Origin: Planctomycetota bacterium
Lineage (GTDB): Bacteria > Planctomycetota > Planctomycetia > Pirellulales > UBA7805
NCBI GenBank assembly: GCA_003389215.1
Contig: QQVP01000011.1
Span: 72,315-136,314 of the forward strand
Length of the DNA stretch: 64,000 nucleotides
Direction of reading: 5' to 3'
Shown here: positions 1 through 7,238 of the stretch, one piece after another
Position numbering within the stretch: position 1 is the stretch's first letter
How the letters are laid out: every line of letters starts with the position of its first letter
Notes under the pieces: generated by a model
What the model was told of the DNA's origin: nothing
Databases searched by the model: none
The model's input: the letters and a program-made list of their open reading frames with translations, nothing else
Position numbers and translations under genes: made by a program

Positions 1-794
1 CTGGCGGCAACCGAACGTCGGCTACTGAACTCGACCGGCTTCCGGCAAGTCAGTGCAACCTTGAAGGCAGACGCTTCGGGAATCACGGTTTCGAGGACCA
101 TGTCGCCATACAGCCGTTGCAGACGCTGCTCATACGATCGATGCACAACCAGTCGGCGGTCATGGCGCGTCACCAGATGCCCGAGTCGACGCAAGCCGGG
201 ATTCAATTCGCGAACCTGCTGAATCGCCTGGTGAACAGCACGTAGTCCTTGAGTGCCAAAGTCCTCTGGAGGAACGGGAATCACAACCCAATCGGCTGCG
301 ATCATCGCCGTCCAACTGCAACGGTAAAGGTTGGGCGGGCAATCAATGAGGATCACATCGAAGTCCGTTTGCTCCTCGGTGAATTCTCGCAATACGTACT
401 GATCCATTCCCAGGGACGCCGGCAGTGGCGTGTTGAATTGTCCCAGGTGATGATTTGCCGGACAGACTGCAATACCGTCGAATTCGGTGCGGCGAATCAG
501 CCCATCGTAGTTCGTGGCATACTCGCCATCATCGAACAGTCGAGCGAGCGTGCGCTCCGCCGAAAGTTGTTCGATCAGAGTCGAGCCGAAGAACCCTTGG
601 CTCAACGAGCCTTGTGGGTCCATGTCCAAGAGCAGCACGCGCAGGCCGGCTTGGGCAAACGCTCCCGACAGGTGAAAGCACGTCGAACTTTTTCCGCAGC
701 CCCCTTTTTGATTGATGAGACAAATTGTGATCGCTGTCACGCTGGTCCACTCGCCAGAAATGCGAATTGCCCGTGGCAATTTCGCGTAAGTCAT
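1..794 (-). CDS. parA: ParA/Soj-family partition ATPase; C-terminus runs off the left window edge
   Basis: My own translation of the minus strand from ATG 794-792 gives MTYAKLPRAIRISGEWTSVTAITICLINQKGGCGKSSTCFHLSGAFAQAGLRVLLLDMDPQGSLSQGF...ILIDCPPNL... It shows a deviant Walker A (KGGCGKSS) plus DMDPQG and IDCPP motifs. The frame stays open to position 1, which is why it is absent from the ORF track. GTG (VTAITIC...) is an alternative start. Confidence 0.85.
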   Translation of the reverse strand, partial: MTYAKLPRAIRISGEWTSVTAITICLINQKGGCGKSSTCFHLSGAFAQAGLRVLLLDMDPQGSLSQGFFGSTLIEQLSAERTLARLFDDGEYATNYDGLIRRTEFDGIAVCPANHHLGQFNTPLPASLGMDQYVLREFTEEQTDFDVILIDCPPNLYRCSWTAMIAADWVVIPVPPEDFGTQGLRAVHQAIQQVRELNPGLRRLGHLVTRHDRRLVVHRSYEQRLQRLYGDMVLETVIPEASAFKVALTCRKPVEFSSRRSVAA

Positions 795-979
795 CGAATT
801 CTCTTCTCATACGGTGGCACAACTGTTTTGATCTCGTCAACAACTTTCGTCTCAAGCACATTGTGAACTTCCCGGAGCGTGACGTAGCGGCCGCAGGAGA
901 GAGGATCCTTTTGACGTGTGAGACACGGTCTGCCGTGCTATGACCATTCTCAAAAGGTTTAACTGGCTTAAAGGAAGGG

Positions 980-2305
980 ATGCGCAATTCGACACGAAAG
1001 AACCCGCTAAAATGCGGCGCAGGTCAACTCAGTCTCGTAGAGCATGCCCTCTGCCCACTTGATTCCCGATGTTCACTGGGAACTGACCTAATTCATAATT
1101 CGTCGTATCACTACTCCGACAAACAGCGACGACGAAAAACTGCCTCGGCGCGTGTGCTGTGTCCAATGGGGCTCTCCGCCAACGACGAGCTGATCCTCTG
1201 GGGCTGCCTGGCGTTGACGTTGGCCGACCCAAACTCGGCAGGGCAACTCTATGCAACGCGACACTATATTCTCCGGCAATTGGGACTCATTGACCAACGA
1301 CAGCGCCGGGGCGGTCGCCAGTACACGGAACTCCATGCGGCCTTAGAACGGCTATCGACTGTCCGCTATCTGAACGACGGATTCTACGACCCGGTTCGGG
1401 CAGAACATCGAAAAGTCGGTTTCGGCTTTTTCAGCTACAGCCTGCCGGTTGATCCAAATTCTTCTCGAGCCTGGCGAATCGCTTGGGACCCCATCTTCTT
1501 TGAATTCGCTCAGGCGGCCAATGGTGCCCTGCGTTTCGACCTGACCATCTATCGCAAGCTCGACCCAGCCAGTCGACGACTGTTCCTGTTCCTGACGAAA
1601 CTCTTCGCACGTCATGAAACGACTCATCCACTCGACTTGACAGCGCTTGCCGTGAACGTCATCGGATTCTCGGTAACCCTGCGGCCAGGAGATCACAAGG
1701 CGAAGGTCAATCGATGTCTCCGAAAACTGGTTGATCATGGCGTGATCCGCGATGACGTTGATCCGTTTCAAAAAGTTGGCGTCGGCCAGTATCGCCTGGT
1801 CTTAAACCGTGGACCGGCCTGTAACCGACGCCGGCACAAGGTCGAAGCGTTCGAATCGCCGCTGGTGGAACCACTCGCATCGATTGGGCTTGATGGCGGG
1901 GCGATCCAACGCCTGTTGCGGAAGTACTCACACCAACTACTGCGAGAATGGACGGACATTACGTTGGCAGCGCGAGAGCGATTCGGGCACCAGTTTTTCC
2001 GTCGCAGTCCGGCCGCCTACCTGGTCGACAATCTCAAGGCGGCTTCCCTGGGAATTCGGACACCACCGGACTGGTGGCTGGAGATTCGAAAGTCGGAAGA
2101 GCGTCGGCAAGCGAAACTCGCCCGGCACCGGCGCAGTCAATCTGGTGACGGGGCTCAGCGACTATCCCGTGCCATCGAGGCGGTCGATGAGGTCCAAGAG
2201 TCCGTCTTTCAGCAATTCCTGGCAGCGGGACAGCCTGAAACCGTTGCGAAGCAAAACGCGGCTCGGTTTGCAGCGCTCCACCGTCAGCGAGATCGAAAAT
2301 CCTGA
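980..2305 (+). CDS. Plasmid-type replication initiator (RepA / replication initiator protein A-like)
   Basis: 441-aa ORF. Segments LSLVEHALCPLD, RIAWDPIFFEF and FDLTIYRKLDPASRRLFLFLTKLF resemble the replication initiator protein A family by eye. It is divergent from parA across a 185-bp spacer holding an 8-bp inverted repeat (CCTTTTGA 907-914 / TCAAAAGG 950-957). GGAAGGG lies directly upstream of the ATG. Confidence 0.65.
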   Translation: MRNSTRKNPLKCGAGQLSLVEHALCPLDSRCSLGTDLIHNSSYHYSDKQRRRKTASARVLCPMGLSANDELILWGCLALTLADPNSAGQLYATRHYILRQLGLIDQRQRRGGRQYTELHAALERLSTVRYLNDGFYDPVRAEHRKVGFGFFSYSLPVDPNSSRAWRIAWDPIFFEFAQAANGALRFDLTIYRKLDPASRRLFLFLTKLFARHETTHPLDLTALAVNVIGFSVTLRPGDHKAKVNRCLRKLVDHGVIRDDVDPFQKVGVGQYRLVLNRGPACNRRRHKVEAFESPLVEPLASIGLDGGAIQRLLRKYSHQLLREWTDITLAARERFGHQFFRRSPAAYLVDNLKAASLGIRTPPDWWLEIRKSEERRQAKLARHRRSQSGDGAQRLSRAIEAVDEVQESVFQQFLAAGQPETVAKQNAARFAALHRQRDRKS

Positions 2306-2340
2306 ACCAGAAAGCAGCTTCTTTGATTCAGGTTGTACTT

Positions 2341-2358
2341 TGTACAAGTACTTGTACA
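2341..2358. repeat. Perfect 18-bp palindrome TGTACAAGTACTTGTACA, preceded by another TTGTAC half-site at 2333-2338
   Basis: Read directly; the reverse complement is identical. It lies 36 nt after the repA-like stop codon, in the gap between convergent repA-like and exonuclease genes. Confidence 0.9.
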
Positions 2359-2554
2359 CCATCCCGCGCTCGGTTGTAGTTCCCGAAACAAGCAATGAAT
2401 CCGAGACTTTGAGTGGACTGCAGACCAGAGAGTCGGATGGAAAGTGCGACGCAACCGACACGTCTTTCGCGAGATATGCGACGCAGGCGACACGTCTCAC
2501 CATGCGGATTATGCGACGCGTCCGACACGTGTGTCGGTCGATCGACACAAGCAG

Positions 2555-3199
2555 TTATCCACAGTTGTTCGCAACGTTGACGCGGAAGCGTCTGCGATTC
2601 GCTTCGTTCATTTCACGATATAGTGCGACCGTTGCACGCACGTCAATCAGTGCATCGTGGGCTTCGTGCGCGGGTAGAGGAATGCCGAAGTAGCGGCAGA
2701 GTGTCCCCAGCTTGTAATCCGGTGGGGGAGTCAACGCTTTGTCTTCATGGAACATCCACATGGCCCGTTGAATAGTACAGAAGACGCGCGGCGACGCGGG
2801 CAGAAACAGATGCATGCGATTGAACCAGGCGCGGAGAAAGCCGCCGTCGAAAGCTGCGTTGTGGGCCACGAGTTGCGACACTTGAAACAATTGACCTTGA
2901 AATGTCGGTTGATCGATGGTCGCGTGACGCATGAGGAATTGAGCAAACGCTTCAGCCACCACGCAGGCGGAGCGAGCTTCTCGAAGCCAACGTTCGCGCG
3001 AATATTGGTTCTTGCGGAGTGATCTTGGGTCGGCGACATTCTCATCAAATCGGAGCTTTGACTCGAACGATTCCAACTCACTCCCGTCGCTGGCAACCGA
3101 AATCGCAGCGATCTGAAGGATCGGTCGCCAGGTTTCAAGACCGCCCGTTTCGAGGTCCACAAAGACCAACCGTTCATCAGGAAGCGATTCATTTTCCAT
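2555..3199 (-). CDS. DEDDh 3'-5' exonuclease (DnaQ / DNA polymerase III epsilon-like)
   Basis: 214-aa ORF with Exo I FVDLETGG, Exo II VAHNAAFDGGFL and Exo III HEAHDALIDV motifs. Confidence 0.85.
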   Translation of the reverse strand: MENESLPDERLVFVDLETGGLETWRPILQIAAISVASDGSELESFESKLRFDENVADPRSLRKNQYSRERWLREARSACVVAEAFAQFLMRHATIDQPTFQGQLFQVSQLVAHNAAFDGGFLRAWFNRMHLFLPASPRVFCTIQRAMWMFHEDKALTPPPDYKLGTLCRYFGIPLPAHEAHDALIDVRATVALYREMNEANRRRFRVNVANNCG

Positions 3200-4862
3200 T
3201 CCTGAGTCGATACCACGGAAAACATTTTCCAGTCAAACCTCGCGACACCCGGACAGAATGCTCTCGAAACCATGACATTTTCAGCGGTACTGCTATGAAT
3301 CGTCTTGTAGGCGAGAACTCCACTCGCCGGTCGTCATGCTCATGCAAAACGCATTCGCTCGAAATCGGCGGCGATAGCCGTCGGACAAAGAGTGATTGAG
3401 CTGATGTCTCCTGACGGAGACGGCAGGTTCGGGAATCGTGGTCTCATCAGCCGCGGATAAGAACTGGAAGCCTTGCCAGCTTCCCGCGTCGTCAGACGCT
3501 GTGCCGGCTCTTAGCGCTGAGTACGTGGAGACGCGTTCGCTCAGAGCGATGGAGGCTCGTTGGAGTAATCTCGATAGAACTCACGCTTCCCTCGTATGGA
3601 AGACGGGTTCGATGATCGAAGTAATCCCAGCGTTCTATCCAATGCGGCATAGCCGCCTATTGCCCGTAGCGTAGAGTGAGTCGCGACGGGAAAGGGGAAG
3701 AAGGGCGATGCGGAAAGACCTCGTTCGCAACTGGTTTGCGAACGAGGCCGTGTCGGTGAAGTGATTGCTCACTTCTTGGCTGCGAGAATTGCAGCAAGCA
3801 AAGCGGGTGCAAATCCCGTCCGTGGGGTCCGGGCTTGCCTTTGGCGAGTTCGTTCAACGCAGCTGGCGTGGGGAGTTGTCTTTTGGCGACAAAAGGCACC
3901 GGGGCCTGACCGCCTCGGCGACCGGTTCAAACGACCGGCGGCGAAAAGCTCAACCATGAAAGGCGCAATCGAATACGTAAGAAAGCGCTTGCCAGTAAGA
4001 TTCTGAAGAGACGGTGCCGAACCGTGAATATCCGTGTGGGGTTGGTACCCCGAGCTTCTGGTTTCGTAGGTGGGAAATCGGCCATGCAATGCATGGCTGG
4101 AAAGTATGGCTCGCCGGAAGGCAGCACATACCCACGCGGACCGCGTCATCATTGGCGCTAGCAACGTGACTTCAGAGTCGAAGACCGACACTAACGCAGG
4201 AAGCACTGCGGCCTCCGAGTCTGGCAGCTCGGTGCATGGTCTGGTCGGCCATGTGAAAGTACGCGTGACTGTGTCACGCAAAACGCCGTAGTGTGGGAGC
4301 GTAGCCTGATTAGAACTCGCGGGGAACTGCGGGCGGTGTTTCGAGCGAAGGCTCGGACATGAATGCGCACATTCGAGTGCGTTCGATCATGCGCGGCAAG
4401 GCAGTCGCGACCCGTCTGCCGATTGGGAGTGATGTCCCGGTCAAACGGCAGGAACGAAAGGGCTGAGGAGCTTGAGGTTGCACTGTGCAATCGAAGACTC
4501 CGTCAGGTGATGTATGGCTGGCGCTCAATGGTGAGCGTCGACTTCCTTGGCTGGCAGCGATGCGGCTAGAGCTGGTTGTTCGGAAGAGCAGCCAGCTTTG
4601 GCGGCGGACTGACGACGCACACTCGACTTGTGTCTTGCGACCCGTCGATTGTGCGGCCGAGGTTCTTTTTTGTGGGCACTATGTATTGTGGCAGTGCACT
4701 GACGAAACCAGTGTAGATAAAGCGACAGTGCGTGATGCTCGCAGGCTTCTGTGGTGACGATGCTGGCCCTTGGCCGCGACTTCTGTCGTGTTGAGGTCAA
4801 GGCAACCCGTACCGCACCACGGTCGCTGATGCCAGGGATTTCTCTCAGGAGAAGACGGCATT

Positions 4863-4895
4863 GGGGTTGGCCGAAACAACCCCATCTTTATTTGC
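4863..4895 (+). terminator. Hairpin plus T-rich tail (intrinsic-terminator-like or regulatory hairpin)
   Basis: GGGGTTG (4863-4869), GCCGAAA loop, CAACCCC (4877-4883), then ATCTTTATTTGC. No convincing upstream + strand CDS for it to terminate, so its function is uncertain. Confidence 0.3.
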
Positions 4896-4918
4896 TTCGC
4901 AATTCGCTATGAGGAGCC

Positions 4919-5614
4919 ATGCGTTATCGATGTGTCGCGTCATCTCCGGAAGGGCTGGTCCAGCAGGTCGCAGTGAGCTACCTGCGTCACGGATACTGGT
5001 GGTACGTTGCCGGCCGGATTCCAGAACACAAGGATCCAGAAGAGGTCGATCGGAAGCTCATAGCGAAGTATGAGATTGACTTGACAGAAAGGCAACGTGC
5101 ATACCGCAAGCGTCGGGGCCTCGCGAACATGCAGTACATCCGTTATCGCAACTGGTTCCTGCTGCTCGTGACAGAGGGGCATCACCAATTCAAGCAGCAC
5201 GAACGCAATCGCATCCGTGACTGCCGCCGGCATCCAATCAAGTTTGAAGGCTATTCGATAAGCTACCGCCGCGCCGGCGTCACGCCGACAGGCGGAGGAC
5301 AAGCCAAGTGGCATGCCTGCGTTCGAATTGACATGGCGACATACCGGCAGCTCAAGGCTTACTTTCTGGATCGAGCGTGTCACCGATCATCGGAGAACTT
5401 GGCTACAGACTTTGCTCGTGTGCCTTTTGCTCGCTATGCACAGGTCCGCCGCCAACTATTGACGATCGCTCGGGCAACCAACAATGCGCGGGCGCGACGT
5501 GGATACAGCACACTGCCCTACACGGTCCTTTGCCTTCGTCGTCGCGTTGTACAGCCCTTCCAGCCACGATCATTGGATTCCGACGCCGGCCCGCTCAGGA
5601 TGCGGGAGGACTAA
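4919..5614 (+). CDS. Hypothetical basic protein; first gene of the co-directional train
   Basis: 231-aa ORF with GAGGAG just upstream of the ATG. It has a protein-like composition (…GYWWYVAGRIPEHKDPEEVDRKLIAKYEIDLTERQRAYRKRRGLANMQYIRY…). No family recognised. Confidence 0.5.
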   Translation: MRYRCVASSPEGLVQQVAVSYLRHGYWWYVAGRIPEHKDPEEVDRKLIAKYEIDLTERQRAYRKRRGLANMQYIRYRNWFLLLVTEGHHQFKQHERNRIRDCRRHPIKFEGYSISYRRAGVTPTGGGQAKWHACVRIDMATYRQLKAYFLDRACHRSSENLATDFARVPFARYAQVRRQLLTIARATNNARARRGYSTLPYTVLCLRRRVVQPFQPRSLDSDAGPLRMRED

Positions 5615-5676
5615 ATCTACGCTCGTATAGGCACACTTGATAACGCGTGGCGATCACGATCCAAGCAATCGGAATG

Positions 5677-5717
5677 CATTGTACAATGGTTCTTGTAATT
5701 CACAAGTTTTTTTGTAC
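5677..5717. promoter_or_regulatory. Cluster of TTGTA(C/A)-based palindromes 10-50 nt upstream of the activator gene (candidate operator)
   Basis: CATTGTACAATG is a perfect 12-bp palindrome (5677-5688). CTTGTAATTCACAAG has 5-bp arms (5692-5706). A TTGTAC half-site lies at 5712-5717. The core TGTACA is the same as in the 18-bp palindrome at 2341-2358. Confidence 0.4.
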
Positions 5718-5726
5718 GATTTTGGG

Positions 5727-7238
5727 ATGAACAGCAAAGCTCTTATCTCGTGGATTGGCAACACTGACCTGAAGGCGGCGACGGGCGAGTTGCGCAGCGG
5801 GGTCGGGCCGATTGCCAACGCCGTGACTAAGCGGGAGTTCGATGAAGTCCACCTGCTCTCGGACCACAAAACCGCAGACACCAAGTCATTTGCGGGCTGG
5901 CTGAAGGAACAGCTCGGCATCGATGCCGCCGTCTGGCCGGTGAAGCTCAGCGGACCCACGCGTTTCGACGAGATTTATGAGGCAGCGACCGAGGTTCTTC
6001 GCAATCTCGACTCGGACGGCACAGATCGTCATCGCACCTTTCACGTCAGTCCTGGAACGCCCGCGATGGGTGCGGTTTGGGTGTTGTTGGCAAAGACGAA
6101 GTTTCCGGCTGAGTTGATCGAGTCTTCGCCGGAAGAGGGTGTTCGAACCATCTCCCTCCCATTCGAGATAGCTGCTGATTACATCCCCAAGCGGGATATC
6201 GAAAGCGACGACGAGATTAGACGTCTGACCCAAGGCCTCCCTCCTGAAGTCCCGGAATTCTCCGCGATCATTCATCGCTGCCAGACGATGAAAACCGTGA
6301 TTGCTCAAGCCCGCCGCGTTGCGATTGAGGATGTGCCGCTGCTGATCCAAGGTGAGTCCGGGACGGGGAAGGAGCTATTCGCTCGTGCGATCCATGCCTC
6401 CAGCAGGCGTTCCCAGGGGTCATTCGTTGAAGTGAACTGCGGTGCGATTCCGGCTGAACTCGTCGAATCCGAGTTGTTCGGCCACAAGAAGGGAGCGTTC
6501 ACGGGGGCGACAGAACACAAAGTTGGATACCTGGAATCGGCTGACGGCGGAACGTTGTTTCTGGACGAGATTGGTGAGTTGCCGCTGCCGGCACAGGTCA
6601 AGCTGCTTCGCGCCCTGCAAGAAAAGAAGGTCACTCGTGTCGGTGAGACAAAACCCAAAGAAGTCGACTTTCGCATTATCGCAGCGACTAATCGAATTCT
6701 GCTAGACGAAGTCACCGAGGAGCGATTCCGGGAAGACCTTTTCCACCGTCTGGCGGTTGGCGTTCTCAACTTGCCTCCGCTCCGGGAACGACCCAACGAC
6801 TTGAACCTCCTGATTGATCATTTCCTCGATCGAATCAATGCAGATCGCAAATCAGCTCCAGGCTGGGAACACAAGAATCTTTCTCCTGGTGCAAGAAACC
6901 TTCTGAATCAACACCCCTGGCCAGGCAACATCCGAGAATTGTCGAACACGCTTTGCCGAGCCGCGATTTGGTCAGGTGGGAACACCATCGGCGTTGACCA
7001 GATTCGCCAGGCATTATTCCCGGTCAAGAAGCAATTACCCGGCCATGATGCAATCCTTAATCGCAGTCTGGGCAACGACTTGGACCTGCAAGAGTTGCTT
7101 GCAGAAGTGGCGCGACATTACCTCTCCAGGGCCTACGATGAAGCCGACGGAAACAAGTCGGCTGCATGCAAACTGGTGGGCCTTCCGAACTACCAGACCT
7201 TCACAAACTGGATGAAGAAATATGGAGTGAAATCGTAA
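5727..7238 (+). CDS. RtcR-like sigma54-dependent transcriptional activator (CARF-type N-domain, AAA+ sigma54-interaction domain, Fis-type HTH)
   Basis: The N-terminal ~170 aa resemble the RtcR sensor domain (…FHVSPGTPAMGAVWVLLAKTKFPAELIESSPEEGVRTISLPF…; compare E. coli RtcR HITTGTHVAQICWFLL…LIQSSP). AAA+ core: Walker A GESGTGKE, intact GAFTGA loop (6492-6509), Walker B LFLDEIGEL. C-terminal HTH: …AACKLVGLPNYQTFTNWMKKYG. I prefer ATG 5727 over the TTG 5637 start of the ORF track. Confidence 0.85.
   Translation: MNSKALISWIGNTDLKAATGELRSGVGPIANAVTKREFDEVHLLSDHKTADTKSFAGWLKEQLGIDAAVWPVKLSGPTRFDEIYEAATEVLRNLDSDGTDRHRTFHVSPGTPAMGAVWVLLAKTKFPAELIESSPEEGVRTISLPFEIAADYIPKRDIESDDEIRRLTQGLPPEVPEFSAIIHRCQTMKTVIAQARRVAIEDVPLLIQGESGTGKELFARAIHASSRRSQGSFVEVNCGAIPAELVESELFGHKKGAFTGATEHKVGYLESADGGTLFLDEIGELPLPAQVKLLRALQEKKVTRVGETKPKEVDFRIIAATNRILLDEVTEERFREDLFHRLAVGVLNLPPLRERPNDLNLLIDHFLDRINADRKSAPGWEHKNLSPGARNLLNQHPWPGNIRELSNTLCRAAIWSGGNTIGVDQIRQALFPVKKQLPGHDAILNRSLGNDLDLQELLAEVARHYLSRAYDEADGNKSAACKLVGLPNYQTFTNWMKKYGVKS

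Noticed and set aside
815-830. TGGCACaactgTTTTG upstream of the repA-like gene, a possible second sigma54 promoter
   Set aside because: It has the -24 TGGCAC, but TTTT replaces TTGC at -12. The essential GC dinucleotide is missing.
249-987. ORFs 249..866 (+, 205 aa) and 529..987 (-, 152 aa)
   Set aside because: Both overlap the parA frame, which has clear Walker A/ParA motifs on the minus strand. Their own translations are Arg/Ser-rich with no motifs, so I treat them as shadow ORFs.
1809-2693. ORF 1809..2693 (+, 294 aa)
   Set aside because: It runs out of frame through the 3' half of the repA-like gene, the intergenic palindrome and the antisense of the exonuclease gene. The translation is low-complexity.
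3769-4281. ORF 3769..4281 (-, 170 aa) and neighbouring 60-100-aa ORFs in 3200-4900
   Set aside because: The ORFs overlap one another on both strands. None has a motif, a plausible start context or partner genes. I treat the region as non-coding or decayed.
5637-5726. TTG start at 5637 for the activator gene (ORF track)
   Set aside because: The extension (MITRGDHDPSNRNALYNGSCNSQVFLYDFG) runs through the palindromic operator-like region. RtcR-like homology begins at MNSKALISWIG, so ATG 5727 is preferred.
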